Assembly: GCA_035286725.1 (NCBI GenBank)
Contig: DATECV010000205.1
Coordinates: 1 to 60,950, forward strand
Length of the DNA: 60,950 bases
Reading direction: 5' to 3'
Source of the DNA: Dehalococcoidia bacterium
GTDB lineage: Bacteria > Chloroflexota > Dehalococcoidia > DSTF01 > JACRBR01
Shown here: positions 46,565 to 56,440 of the stretch, in pieces
Numbering within the stretch: position 1 is the first letter of the stretch
How the letters are laid out: every line of letters begins with the position of its first letter
Notes under the pieces: model-generated
Seen by the model: the letters and a program-made list of their open reading frames with translations, nothing else
What the model was told of the DNA's origin: nothing
Database searches by the model: none
Made by a program: the position numbers and the translations under genes

Positions 46565-46978
46565 TTAGTGGGCGGGTGACTCCACGCCTTCCTGTACCCA
46601 GTCGTACACTCGAAGCGCCATCGTCATCCGCGGCTTCCAGTCGACCGTGCCGTACTGCGGGAACTTCCGCCGGATGCCCGCCCACGCCGCGTCCTTCTCC
46701 GCGCCGGTGATCTCCTCCGCCCGGCACTTCAGGATCACCTTCCGCAGCTTCGTCCAATCCTCGTCGTACTCATCGATGAGGACAACGATCCGCGCATCGT
46801 GGCGCAGCGCCATCCCCGTCGCCGACTTCGGCCCCAGATCCACGTATACCGTCGCCTCGCCGTCGAACACCGGGCACACCGGGATGACGTGCGGCGCCCC
46901 GTCCGCCCGCACCGTCGCGATCCGGCAGACTCGCGCCCCGTCAATGAACTCTCGGACGCTGTGAGGTATGGGCTTCAA
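46565..46978 (-). CDS. Pyridoxamine 5'-phosphate oxidase family (split-barrel) protein
   Basis: ARVCRIATVRADGAPHVIPVCPVFDGE is the typical PPOX N-terminal pattern. Confidence 0.75.
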   Translation of the reverse strand: MKPIPHSVREFIDGARVCRIATVRADGAPHVIPVCPVFDGEATVYVDLGPKSATGMALRHDARIVVLIDEYDEDWTKLRKVILKCRAEEITGAEKDAAWAGIRRKFPQYGTVDWKPRMTMALRVYDWVQEGVESPAH

Positions 46979-47037
46979 AGTGACCCCCGCTGCTCAATCG
47001 CACTGATGACTGATAGTTGAGAACTGATGGCTGACGT

Positions 47038-47550
47038 CTACACCAGGTGCGGCGCCAGGTGCCGGAACACTTCCCTGATGCTCACGACGGCCTTGGGCGT
47101 GCCGGTCTGCAGGAGCGGGATGTGCCGGAACCCGCCGACCGACATCTTGTTCAATGCCACGGCGATGTCATCGTCGTCGCGCAGGAACACCGGGTCGGCC
47201 GTCATCACCTGACCGCACGTCACCGCGTTCAGATCCTCCGTAGGCCCCGCCACTTTGTGCAGCACGTCCCACGGCGTGATGATCCCCGCCAGCGAGTTCC
47301 CGCTCATGACCAGCACGCACTCCGTGTCCGAGTTCTGCATCAGCCGCACCGCCAGCCCGACGGGGTCGGTCGTCTGCACCCGCACGGGCGACTGCGCGGG
47401 CAGTTCAGCCAGCCGCGCGTTGATGAACGCCGGCCCCGAAGCCCGCCGCTGCGCCGATGCGGGATCGTCGAGCGAGTACAGGTCCTGTCCGCAGTTCGCG
47501 CAGCTATCCACGCCCTCGATGTTGTCGAATTTGCACTCGGGACAGATCAT
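47038..47550 (-). CDS. CBS-pair domain protein with N-terminal zinc ribbon
   Basis: MICPECKFDNIEGVDSCANCG, followed by two CBS motifs. Confidence 0.8.
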   Translation of the reverse strand: MICPECKFDNIEGVDSCANCGQDLYSLDDPASAQRRASGPAFINARLAELPAQSPVRVQTTDPVGLAVRLMQNSDTECVLVMSGNSLAGIITPWDVLHKVAGPTEDLNAVTCGQVMTADPVFLRDDDDIAVALNKMSVGGFRHIPLLQTGTPKAVVSIREVFRHLAPHLV

Positions 47551-47554
47551 GGCC

Positions 47555-48592
47555 CTACTCCACCGTCCAGGTGTCGCCTTCCAGGAAGATCTCCCGCAGC
47601 TCGCCTTCTCCCTCCGCCTTGATGACGTCTTCGATCTGCTTCGTCATCAACGCGTCGTAGGTCGGCCGCTGCACGGCCCGGAACACGCCCATCGGCACCG
47701 GGTACTCCGGCCACTCCATCCTGCTCAGCAGGAACGCGATCGCCGGGTCCGGCCGTGCCTCGTCGTGGACCAGCAGGTCGCCTTCGGTGATGCCATCTTT
47801 GCCGATCTCTACGACCTCGATGTGCATCCCGCTGAACCGCAGCCCCTTGTCCTTCTCCTTGCCGAAGATCATCGGCTTCCCGTGTTCCAGCGTGATCGTG
47901 CGGTCCGCCCGCACCTCCTTCGCCGTGAAGTCGCGGAAGGCGCCGTCGTTGAAGATGTTGCAGTTCTGGTACACCTCGACGAACGCGGCCCCACGGTGCT
48001 CGTACGCCCGCTGCAGGCAGTGTTGCATCAGCTGCGCGTCGGCGTCGATCGCCCGGGCAACGAACGTCGCCTCCGCGCCGATCGCCACGCTCAGCGGGTG
48101 CAGCGGCGCGTCGATCGTCCCGTACGGCGACGACTTCGTGCGCTTTCCCAGCTCCGACGTGGGTGAGTACTGCCCCTTCGTCAGGCCGTAGATCTCGTTG
48201 TTGTGCAGGATGATCTGCAGGTCGACGTTCCGCCGCAGCACGTGAAGGATGTGGTTGCCGCCGATGCTGAGCGCGTCGCCGTCACCCGTCACCACCCACA
48301 CGCTCAACTCGGGCCGCGAGGCCTTCAACCCCGACGCGATGGTCGGCGCCCGGCCGTGGATGCTGTGGAAGCCGTACGTGTTCATGTAGTACGGCAGCCG
48401 GCTGCTGCAGCCGATGCCCGAGATGAACACGATGTTTTCGCGCGGGATGCCCAGCTCCGGCATCATCTTCTGCGTCTGCGCCAGGATCGCGTAGTCGCCG
48501 CACCCCGGACACCACCGGACCTCCTGGTCCGTGACGAAGTCCTTGCGCGTCAATACCTGGATCTGCCCGCTTCCGCGTTCCGCCGTAACCAT
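47555..48592 (-). CDS. korB: 2-oxoacid:ferredoxin oxidoreductase subunit beta
   Basis: TPP-binding subunit with WCPGCGDYAIL and GDGDALSIGGNH motifs. Confidence 0.9.
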   Translation of the reverse strand: MVTAERGSGQIQVLTRKDFVTDQEVRWCPGCGDYAILAQTQKMMPELGIPRENIVFISGIGCSSRLPYYMNTYGFHSIHGRAPTIASGLKASRPELSVWVVTGDGDALSIGGNHILHVLRRNVDLQIILHNNEIYGLTKGQYSPTSELGKRTKSSPYGTIDAPLHPLSVAIGAEATFVARAIDADAQLMQHCLQRAYEHRGAAFVEVYQNCNIFNDGAFRDFTAKEVRADRTITLEHGKPMIFGKEKDKGLRFSGMHIEVVEIGKDGITEGDLLVHDEARPDPAIAFLLSRMEWPEYPVPMGVFRAVQRPTYDALMTKQIEDVIKAEGEGELREIFLEGDTWTVE

Positions 48593-48604
48593 CGCTCTGC
48601 TCCG

Positions 48605-50479
48605 CTAGCCGATCATCTCGGCGATCTTGCGCTCTACCTCGGCGATCGTGAACGGCCGCCCCGATACCTTGTTCAGCCCCTCGATGTCCACGAGGAACTT
48701 CGCCCGCAACAGCATCCGCATCTGCCCGAGATTGATCTCCGGCATCAGCACCCGGTCATACCGCCGCATCAACTCGCCCAGGTTCGGCGGGAGCGGGTTC
48801 AGGTGGCGGAAGTGTGCTGCCGATACCTTCTTGCCCTGGGCCCGCGCGCGCTGCACGGCCGTCGTGATGACGCCGTACGTGCTGCCCCAGCCCAGCACCA
48901 GCAGGCCGCCGGACTGATCGCCGTCCACGACGACGTCAGGGATGTCCTGCGTGATGCGCTCGATCTTCTCTGCCCGCAGGTGGACCATCTTGTCGTGATT
49001 GGCCGGGTCGTAACTCACGTTGCCCGTGATGTCCGACTTCTCGAGACCGCCGATACGGTGCTCCAGGTCGGGCGTGCCCGGGATCGCCCACGGCCGCGCC
49101 AATGTCTTCGGGTCGCGCGCGTACGGCTTGAACGTCGCCGGGTCGCTCGCGAAGTTCGGCTCGATCTTCGGGAGCGAGCTGATGTCCGGTACCAGCCACG
49201 GCTCCGACCCCATACCGAGGTACGCGTCCGAGAGGAAGATCACCGGCGTCCGGTACTTGATCGCGATCCGCCACGCCTCGACCGCCATGCTGAAGCAGTC
49301 GGAGGCCGTCGCCGGCGCGACGATCGCCACGGGCGACTCGCCGTTGCGCCCGAACATCGCCTGCAGGAGGTCGGCCTGTTCCGTCTTCGTCGGCATGCCC
49401 GTGCTCGGGCCCGCCCGCTGTACGTCCATGATCACCAGTGGCAGTTCCACCATCACCGCCAGCCCGATGGCCTCGCTCTTCAGCGCCAGCCCGGGCCCGC
49501 TCGTGCCCGTCAGCCCCAGCGATCCGCCGAACGACGCGCCGATCGCGGCGCCGATCGCGGCGATCTCGTCTTCCGCCTGAAACGTCTTCACGCCGAAGCG
49601 CTTGAAGCGCGACAGCTCGTGCAGAACGTCGCTCGCCGGCGTGATTGGATAGCTGCCGTAGAACAGCTGCCGCCCGGCCAGCTTCGACGCCGTGATGAAC
49701 CCCAGCGCGGTCGCCTCGTTGCCCGTGATGTTCCGGTACAGCCCCGGCTTCAACTTCGCCTTCGGCACGTGGTAGTGCGTCGCGAACATCTCGGTCGTCT
49801 CGCCGAAGTGGTAGCCGCTCTTCAACGCCGCCTTGTTCGCCTCGCAGACCGCCGGGTTCTTCCCGAACTTCTCGTCGATCCAGTGCAGTGTCGTCTCCAG
49901 CGGCCGGCTGTACATCCAGAACATCAGCCCCAGCGCAAACATGTTCTTGCACCGGTCGACCTGCACCGGCGTCAGCCCGCTGTCCTTCAGCGCACCCGAG
50001 TTCAGCACTGAAATCGGCACCCGGTACACGCGGTACGCCTGGAGGCTTCCGTCCTCGAGTGGGTTGCTCGCGTACGCGGCCTTCTTCAGGTTCGTCTCGT
50101 TGAACTCGTCCTCGTTCACGATGAGCAACCCGCCGCGCGGCAGGTCTCCGAGGTTGGTCTTCAGCGCCGCCGGGTTCATCGCTACCAGCACGTCCGGCTG
50201 GTCGCCCGGCGTGAAGATGTCCTGGCTCGAGAAGCTGACCTGGAAACCGCTGACGCCCGGCAAGGAGCCCTGCGGCGCACGGATCTCGGCGGGAATGTCG
50301 GGGAAGGTGCTGATGTCGTTGCCGATGACGGCGGAGGTCTTCGTGAACTGCGTCCCGGCGAGCTGCATCCCGTCGCCGGAGTCGCCCGCGAACCTGATGG
50401 TCACTCGTTCCAGTTCGAGGATCTCCTGGTGTCCGGGGCTTACCGTGTCCTTCGTCGTCACTGTGGCCACTCTACGCAC
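48605..50479 (-). CDS. korA: 2-oxoacid:ferredoxin oxidoreductase subunit alpha
   Basis: 624 aa with fused gamma/alpha-type domains ([12 protein letters not shown]..., YPITPASD). An alternative GTG start is at 50470. Confidence 0.9.
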   Translation of the reverse strand: MRRVATVTTKDTVSPGHQEILELERVTIRFAGDSGDGMQLAGTQFTKTSAVIGNDISTFPDIPAEIRAPQGSLPGVSGFQVSFSSQDIFTPGDQPDVLVAMNPAALKTNLGDLPRGGLLIVNEDEFNETNLKKAAYASNPLEDGSLQAYRVYRVPISVLNSGALKDSGLTPVQVDRCKNMFALGLMFWMYSRPLETTLHWIDEKFGKNPAVCEANKAALKSGYHFGETTEMFATHYHVPKAKLKPGLYRNITGNEATALGFITASKLAGRQLFYGSYPITPASDVLHELSRFKRFGVKTFQAEDEIAAIGAAIGASFGGSLGLTGTSGPGLALKSEAIGLAVMVELPLVIMDVQRAGPSTGMPTKTEQADLLQAMFGRNGESPVAIVAPATASDCFSMAVEAWRIAIKYRTPVIFLSDAYLGMGSEPWLVPDISSLPKIEPNFASDPATFKPYARDPKTLARPWAIPGTPDLEHRIGGLEKSDITGNVSYDPANHDKMVHLRAEKIERITQDIPDVVVDGDQSGGLLVLGWGSTYGVITTAVQRARAQGKKVSAAHFRHLNPLPPNLGELMRRYDRVLMPEINLGQMRMLLRAKFLVDIEGLNKVSGRPFTIAEVERKIAEMIG

Positions 50480-50939
50480 CCTCCGGTTCCGCGATCAGTT
50501 GGTGGGGGCGCGGTGGCAGGTTCAGCACCTGTGCCGGAAAGGCCTCCGCCAGGAAATGGATAATGTCCAGCGTCCGCAGCACCGCCACGGCGACCCCCTG
50601 GCCGTCCACAATGGGGATGTTGCGCTCGCCGCCTTCGTTCATCATCTGGATCGCCTTCGCGATGGGATCCTTTACGGTCAGCGTCTCCAGCCCGTGCGAC
50701 AGATACTTATCGACGTCTTCGTCGTACTTCACGTCGCGCGCGACGATTCTCATCAGGACCTCGCGCTCGCTCAGGATGCCGACCGGGCGCCGTTCCGCGT
50801 TCACGACCAGCACGTAGCCCTGGCCGCGCTGCTGCACCGCCGCCAGGGCGGCGCCAACGCTGGCATCACGTCCGATAGAAACGGGAGGAGGAAGCCCAAG
50901 GGCGCTGATCGGGTCGGTCTGAAAGATCTCTTCGACCAC
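50472..50939 (-). CDS. CBS-pair domain protein
   Basis: Two CBS repeats. Overlaps the korA start by 8 nt. Confidence 0.8.
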   Translation of the reverse strand: MVEEIFQTDPISALGLPPPVSIGRDASVGAALAAVQQRGQGYVLVVNAERRPVGILSEREVLMRIVARDVKYDEDVDKYLSHGLETLTVKDPIAKAIQMMNEGGERNIPIVDGQGVAVAVLRTLDIIHFLAEAFPAQVLNLPPRPHQLIAEPEGA

Positions 50940-51167
50940 GGTTTGCCTCTGCCGCGCACATCCCTGCCGCGGCCCGGCAGCTTCGCGTGAAGCTCCTCAT
51001 GAAATTGTAACCGAAGGCGCCCACCCTCACGAATTCATTTCTCCGATAGCCGCGATTGACCGCGCACCTTCAGAAGCTGTATCAAGGGGCACCGCCGGGA
51101 AGTATCGGTCGCTACGCCCACACAGGCAAGTGCTAAGACCGTTGAGCCAAAACGCAGGAGGCGCGTC

Positions 51168-51401
51168 ATGATCAAGGCCTACGTCCTCGTCGTCACCAAC
51201 CCCGGCGAGACAAAGAACGTGTACACCGCCGCCAAGGCCACCCCGGGGGTCGTGGAGATTCACGAGGTGATGGGCCCCTACGACATCGTCATCGAGATCG
51301 AGGTCGAGTCCCTCAGTGACGTGCCGCCTATCCTCAGCGACAAGATCCGCGTCATCCCCGGTATCGAGAGCACCACCTCGCTCGTCACCTTCCCGGACTG
51401 A
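51168..51401 (+). CDS. Stand-alone Lrp/AsnC ligand-binding (RAM) domain protein
   Basis: 77 aa, MIKAYVLVVTNPG...VVEIHEVMGPYDIVIEIE, the typical RAM fold pattern. GGAGG SD. Confidence 0.8.
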   Translation: MIKAYVLVVTNPGETKNVYTAAKATPGVVEIHEVMGPYDIVIEIEVESLSDVPPILSDKIRVIPGIESTTSLVTFPD

Positions 51402-51448
51402 CCTCCGGGGGAACGTGGGTCATTTCCCTGCCGCGTAGAGGCCTCGTT

Positions 51449-52810
51449 TCAGTCGAGCGCGCCGTCGGCTCGCATCGCCCGCAACGTGTTGCGGAATGCC
51501 TCGACGGTCCGGCCCACGTCGTCGGCCGTGTGCGCCGATGACACCATCATCCCGCCGTCCATCAGATGCACGCCCTCGTTGATCATGCCGAGCTTGAGCG
51601 CGTGTGACGCCTCTTTTGGCGGTTCCGCGATCGGCGTGGGTGGGGCGCTGCCTCCCCACGAATACCCATCCGGCGGCGGCTCCGTCGCGCCCAACGCGAT
51701 GTGCAACATCGACGAGAAGCCGTACACACACCCGCGCACGTGCTCGTCACGGAGCACGCCGTTCAGGTCGCGCGCGAGCGTCGCCGCCGTGTCGGCCGCG
51801 CGCTGCTGCGGCGTTCCGTCCGCGATGATCGCCAGGCACGTGGCGCCCGCCACGGCCGACAACGGATTCGCGTTGAAGGTCCCCGGATGCGAGATGCGGC
51901 CACCGGGGGTGTATGCGCGCGACACGGAATCCCGGATGGCGATCTGCTCGATGATCTCCGCTCGCCCGGCGACGCAGCCTCCCGGCAACCCGCCGGCCAC
52001 GATCTTCGCCATCGTCGTCATGTCGGGCGTGATGCCGTACGCCTGCTGGGCGCCCCCGGGTGAGACCCGAAACCCGGTGATCACTTCGTCGAAGATCAGC
52101 ACGACACCGTGACGGGCAGTCAGCTCGCGCGCCGCTCGCACAAACCCAAGATCGATCGGCTCCGTTCCCCAGTGCGCCCCCGTCGGCTCCAGGATCATCG
52201 CCGCGATGTCACCGCCGTCCTCACGGAGCGTTCGTTCGAGCGTCTCCGCGTCGTTCTGGGCCACGACGATCGATGCCTCCAGCGTTCCGTGGGGCAGCCC
52301 GGGCGACGCGGGAAGTGTGCCTTCCGCGTCCGGTTGCCCCATCACGCTGTCGTTCCATCCGTGGAAGTGCTCGCGCAGTCGCAGCACCTTCTCACGCCCG
52401 GTGTACGCGCGCGCCAGCCGCAACGCCATCATCGTCGCTTCGGTCCCGGACGACGTGAATCGCACACGCTCCGCCGAAGGCACAAGCCGCAGCACCAGTT
52501 CGCCCCAGCGGATCTCCGCCTCGTGCGAGGCGCCGAAGTGCGTCCCGAGTGAGAGCTGCGCCTCCACCGCTTCCATGATGCGCGGCTCGTTGTGGCCCGG
52601 GAGCAGCGCCCCGTGGCCCATCACGTAGTCGACGAGCTCGTTTCCATCTACGTCGGTCTTGTGGCTGCCCGAGGCCTGCCGCACGTACAGCGGAAAGGGA
52701 GCGTTGTGGCGGATGTCGTGGGTGACGCCGTTTGGAAACACCTCCGCCGCGCGGCTGGCTAGTGTGCGCGATCCAGGGTGTAACTCCACATAACGTTTCA
52801 AAATGCTCAT
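51449..52810 (-). CDS. Class III PLP-dependent aminotransferase (glutamate-1-semialdehyde aminomutase-like)
   Basis: VLIFDEVITGFR motif and TMAKIVAGGLP (PLP lysine context). Confidence 0.85.
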   Translation of the reverse strand: MSILKRYVELHPGSRTLASRAAEVFPNGVTHDIRHNAPFPLYVRQASGSHKTDVDGNELVDYVMGHGALLPGHNEPRIMEAVEAQLSLGTHFGASHEAEIRWGELVLRLVPSAERVRFTSSGTEATMMALRLARAYTGREKVLRLREHFHGWNDSVMGQPDAEGTLPASPGLPHGTLEASIVVAQNDAETLERTLREDGGDIAAMILEPTGAHWGTEPIDLGFVRAARELTARHGVVLIFDEVITGFRVSPGGAQQAYGITPDMTTMAKIVAGGLPGGCVAGRAEIIEQIAIRDSVSRAYTPGGRISHPGTFNANPLSAVAGATCLAIIADGTPQQRAADTAATLARDLNGVLRDEHVRGCVYGFSSMLHIALGATEPPPDGYSWGGSAPPTPIAEPPKEASHALKLGMINEGVHLMDGGMMVSSAHTADDVGRTVEAFRNTLRAMRADGALD

Positions 52811-52883
52811 CCGCGGTTGTCCCTTGACTCCGTGCCGGCCAACACGGGCATTCTACGAGCAGGGTAGGGCATGGGGGATCCCC

Positions 52884-53270
52884 CTATAGCGAGAGCAGCT
52901 CGTTTTCCACGTGGTCGAGGAGGTCCATCGCGTCGCCCTCCAGTTTTCCCTCGGGACGAAGATCGAGGCAGCGTCGAAACGATAGGGCGGCGGTCGTGTA
53001 CAGCGCTCGTGCGTCGGCCTTTGTGTCGGCCGCCGCGTTGGGCCGGCGTGCACGCCGGATCTCGTGAGCAGCGAACTCGTACAACCAGCCGCGCGCGTAC
53101 CACAGTCCCGCATCGCCGGAGCGCAGCCCCACGGCGCCGTCGATCAGATCGAGGCCTTCCGCGTACTTGTGGCGCCGCGTGACCAGCACCGTCGCCAGGT
53201 GTTCCAGGGCCTCGACGCACCCGGGGTCGATGGCGATCGCTTCGCGCGCCAGCGTCAACCCGCCCGCCAC
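52884..53270 (-). CDS. Hypothetical TPR-like helical protein
   Basis: Helical-repeat-like sequence (AIAIDPGCVEALEHLATVL...WYARGWLY). The start is uncertain. Confidence 0.5.
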   Translation of the reverse strand: MAGGLTLAREAIAIDPGCVEALEHLATVLVTRRHKYAEGLDLIDGAVGLRSGDAGLWYARGWLYEFAAHEIRRARRPNAAADTKADARALYTTAALSFRRCLDLRPEGKLEGDAMDLLDHVENELLSL

Positions 53271-53335
53271 GTCACCGGCCGCGTGCCGCTCCTGCGCACG
53301 TCTGACCAGGTCGTGCGATTGTCCTTCCGGGGGAT

Positions 53336-53629
53336 TCAGCGCAGTCCCTCGACCAGGCCCAGCGTCTCATCTTCCGTGAACACGCGGAACGAGTTCGTGC
53401 GTACGTTTCCCTGGGCGCTCACGGCCAATGAAACGCGCGTCATCGCTTCGTCGTCGGGCGCCTCCGCCACGATCACGTAGTCGTACACGCCCATCGCGAA
53501 GTAGAGCTGCTTCAGCTCCGCGCCATACGCCGCAAACGTGCTGCGCGCATTCTCCAGCCGCCGCTGGAGGTCCTGCATCGTCCGTACGCCTTGATCGGTC
53601 AGGCTCGCGAGCACAATGTACGTTGCCAC
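53336..53629 (-). CDS. GYD domain protein
   Basis: GTG start 5 nt after GGAGGA. VATYIVLASLTDQGVRT...GVYDYVIVAEAPDDEAM...GNVRTNSFRVF is the GYD-family pattern. The rest of track ORF 53336-54667 is antisense to the transporter. Confidence 0.8.
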   Translation of the reverse strand: MATYIVLASLTDQGVRTMQDLQRRLENARSTFAAYGAELKQLYFAMGVYDYVIVAEAPDDEAMTRVSLAVSAQGNVRTNSFRVFTEDETLGLVEGLR

Positions 53630-53700
53630 GGGGATCCTCCTTTGTCTGCGGCCGGAACATACGCCCGCAGGCACACATTCCGCCGAGGAGGGAGGATCTG

Positions 53701-54924
53701 TCAAGAAGGAGGGCGTGCCAATCCGGTACCGCCTGCCGCACGACGGGCCAGACGGCCCTCGCCGACGAACGGCCGCATCTCGATGAGCTGCCGGATCGCG
53801 AACACGCCCGCGAGCGAAATGTACATAATGGAAAAGAGGTCGCGCGAGACCAGTGAGTGCGGCGTCAGGAACTGCGCCATGAACAATACCGCCAGCACCG
53901 CCGCCTCCAGCACCGACATCCGAAGGTTGATCAACAGCACCACGGCCAGCAAGCTCTGGGCGGCCGTCAGCAGCACCTCCTCGGTCTGCCGCGTGTCCGT
54001 CGGCAGGGGATTGATGCTCCCGCTCGAGATTGCGTAGGCGATCGGTAGGCAGCCGATGAGCAGCGTCCACTGGTTCACCTTCGACGACACCAGCGCACCC
54101 AGCCCCGCGTCGGCTCGCATCCTCCAGGCCAGCAGTCCGGCGACGAGGAACTCCGGGAACTCCGATGCCAGCGGCGCCAGCCACTGGACGAGCTGATACT
54201 CGTCGATCCCCAGCTTCGCGCCCGATTCGATCAACCCCTCGGCGAACGGCTCGGCCGCGACCAGTATCGCGGTGCCGGCATAGACGAACATCCCGGCCAG
54301 CACCGCCCGTCGCTGGCCCGTGGGCAGGTTGGCGATCTGCTCCGCCGGTCCGATGATGTCGGATTCTTCTTCGATCTCGCCGCGTGAGGCGAGATACACG
54401 TACACGCAGAACAGGCCCACAAGGAAGGCCGCGTCGAACAGGGTGATCCCGCCGCGGATCGGAATGATGAAGGAATAGACCGTCGCGATGCCCAGAATGC
54501 CGACCTCGGTCCGGTGCATCGCCGCCAGTTTCAATGGGTTCTGGCGCGTACGGAACGCGAAGATCCCGACGACCATCGTCCAGCCCAGTCCGACCAGTAA
54601 TCGGTTGCCGCCCGTCATGTTCGCCGTGGCGTACGACGCGTAGGACGGGTCGTCGCCCGCCTTCCACGCGAACAGCATGTCCACCGCGTACTCCGGCAGC
54701 ACCGCGATGAGCGCCAGCCCCGCCAGCGCGAGCGTCCGCGGGACGTCGCGTTCCGCCGCTTCCGCGGTCCAGGTCAGCAGGAACGCGGCCGAAACGATCC
54801 CCATCCCGTACAGCAGCGTTTCAACGGGTACGGACGCGCTCCAGAGGTGGAATCGAAGTGAAGCGGCTGGCCATGCCAGCAGCGCCATGACGAGCGGCCA
54901 CTGCCACCGCCGCACAAAGGCCAA
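53701..54924 (-). CDS. Sodium/calcium-exchanger (CaCA)-like polytopic membrane protein; putative Mn2+/cation exporter
   Basis: 407 aa, about 10-11 TM segments, two alpha-repeat-like motifs (AVLPEYAVD and ASEFPEFLVA). TTG start after GGAGGA. Preceded by a yybP-ykoY riboswitch. Confidence 0.75.
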   Translation of the reverse strand: MAFVRRWQWPLVMALLAWPAASLRFHLWSASVPVETLLYGMGIVSAAFLLTWTAEAAERDVPRTLALAGLALIAVLPEYAVDMLFAWKAGDDPSYASYATANMTGGNRLLVGLGWTMVVGIFAFRTRQNPLKLAAMHRTEVGILGIATVYSFIIPIRGGITLFDAAFLVGLFCVYVYLASRGEIEEESDIIGPAEQIANLPTGQRRAVLAGMFVYAGTAILVAAEPFAEGLIESGAKLGIDEYQLVQWLAPLASEFPEFLVAGLLAWRMRADAGLGALVSSKVNQWTLLIGCLPIAYAISSGSINPLPTDTRQTEEVLLTAAQSLLAVVLLINLRMSVLEAAVLAVLFMAQFLTPHSLVSRDLFSIMYISLAGVFAIRQLIEMRPFVGEGRLARRAAGGTGLARPPS

Positions 54925-54933
54925 GCATCCTCC

Positions 54934-55078
54934 AACAAAAAGACCTCTGATGACACACCAGGGTCATCAAAGGTCTCACTTCCCCGTCGCGCGGGGTGTC
55001 CGGACCGGGCCTTGAGGCCGGGTTTGGCGATCCGGACTGCGCGCGCACTGCGCGCGCCAGTTACTCCCCTTTGGGTGC
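54934..55078 (-). promoter_or_regulatory. yybP-ykoY (Mn2+) riboswitch with intrinsic-terminator expression platform
   Basis: The minus strand reads CCCAAAGGGGAGTAAC...CCGGACACCCCGCGCGACGGGGAAGTGAGACCTTTG. This matches the conserved AAAGGGGAGUA, GACA and AGACCUUU blocks and the P1 pairing (CAAAGG/CCTTTG). A terminator follows (AGACCTTTGATGAC-8 nt-GTCATCAGAGGTCT-TTTTGTT), and its 5' arm overlaps the P1 3' strand. Confidence 0.75.
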
Positions 55079-55082
55079 TTGA

Positions 55083-55111
55083 ACGCTACGGTAACGCGGC
55101 GCGGCCGTCAA
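55083..55111 (-). promoter_or_regulatory. Candidate promoter TTGACG-17 nt-TAGCGT driving the riboswitch
   Basis: Hexamers were read on the minus strand. The predicted start falls at the first riboswitch nucleotides. Confidence 0.45.
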
Positions 55112-55143
55112 TTCCCGCGTGCGGGCACAGATGGTCCGATGCG

Positions 55144-55353
55144 TCAGCTCGCTCGCCGCGCTCGGAGACAGCTCACGTGGCCCAGGTTGTCCAGCAGCTC
55201 CGCCTCGAAGTACTCGTCCCGCGTCTCACCGCAGTCCGGAAGCCGCAGGCCGTGCTCGAAGACGTCGTCCGCGGTTAAGGCCTCGCCGCAATCCGGGCAG
55301 ACGAACATCGGCCGTCCATGTCTGTCACGCACTGTGTCCTGGGAAAGCGTCAT
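55144..55353 (-). CDS. Possible small zinc-binding protein (69 aa)
   Basis: MTLSQDTV...FVCPDCGEAL...LPDCGETRDEY. GGAGAGGTG upstream of the ATG. Confidence 0.4.
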   Translation of the reverse strand: MTLSQDTVRDRHGRPMFVCPDCGEALTADDVFEHGLRLPDCGETRDEYFEAELLDNLGHVSCLRARRAS

Positions 55354-55603
55354 TCCGGCCACCTCTCCCTTGTCATAACGCGTCGGACCTCCTGGCGTGT
55401 CAGGCCTTGAAGGCCGGCCTTCCGCCAGCCCCCGGGGCCGCATCAGATCCCGCCCCGTCGTCCGATGCTGAAGGTAGGGAATCAGGGGGACCAGTTCCTG
55501 CGCTTGTCGTCTCTCGGAACGCGCGTCAATCCGCTGCGGATACGTCGCGTGTACGCTCGACGTTCTTGGAGATAGACAGTGTTCGGGTTTGTGGGGTAGA
55601 GGG

Positions 55604-56302
55604 ATGACATCGCGAAACTATTACGAGGTCCTGGGTCTGGCCAACTTCGCCGACGGCCCCATGGTCGACCAGGCGTACTGGCACCTGGCGAAGACCTACC
55701 AGACGCTGGCCGTCACCGACCCGCGCGCGCGCAAGCTCCTCGACGAGCTCAATGAGGCGTATGGTGTCCTCGGAACGCCTCGCCTGCGTGAGGAGTACGA
55801 CCAACAGCTAGCTGGCGCCTCACCGAGTCCGCGAGGCAAGGCAGGGAGGCGACCCAGAGCCGCTTCGCGACCCTCCAAGCCTTGGTTCACGATCGCTCTG
55901 CCGTCCTGGCGCCCGTTCGCTGGCCGAGGACGGGACGCCGCTCCCGAGTCCCCCGAGCCATCGCGCGCGGTGCGCCCGGTCGTGGTGTCCGCTTCGGCGC
56001 GCCAGCCGGCTTCAGCCAGCAGCACGGCGCGCCCGACACCCCAGCCTCCGACCGTCACGGCACGCTCCGGGACATCCGACGTCGGGGACCTGCGGGCGTC
56101 CACCGCTCGCATGCTGGAGCGATGGCGGGCGAACGCCGGCATCCGGCCAGGTGGCGCCTCGGCGGCGGCTGAGCCGGACACGACACTCGTGGACATCTTC
56201 AAGACCGAGAGGGAGCTGGAGGCCCACGGCGACCCGCTGACCGCGGTCATGGAGATCCTCCGCGCCCCGAAGGACGTCGTCCCGGCGAAGTCGAAGCCCT
56301 GA
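55604..56302 (+). CDS. J-domain (DnaJ-like) protein with Pro/Ala/Ser-rich tail
   Basis: NYYEVLGL...EAYGVLGTPRLREEYD, but HPD is not evident (the sequence reads VTDPRARKL), so it may be a degenerate J domain. Confidence 0.7.
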   Translation: MTSRNYYEVLGLANFADGPMVDQAYWHLAKTYQTLAVTDPRARKLLDELNEAYGVLGTPRLREEYDQQLAGASPSPRGKAGRRPRAASRPSKPWFTIALPSWRPFAGRGRDAAPESPEPSRAVRPVVVSASARQPASASSTARPTPQPPTVTARSGTSDVGDLRASTARMLERWRANAGIRPGGASAAAEPDTTLVDIFKTERELEAHGDPLTAVMEILRAPKDVVPAKSKP

Positions 56303-56440
56303 AGTCGATCGCCCAGGCCACCGGGGGGGAGACGCTGCGCTGCGGAGGGCTCTCGCCGCTCGCCCGATGATCGCACTATAGCTGTTATGTAGTATCGCGA
56401 ACCCGCGGTCGCTCAAGTCAACGCAGATTCAAACCGATAC

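Noticed and set aside
53336-54667. 443-aa minus-strand ORF
   Set aside because: Only its last 97 codons (GTG start at 53629 after GGAGGA) form a GYD-domain protein. The upstream part overlaps the transporter gene in another frame and is Arg/Gly/Pro-rich.
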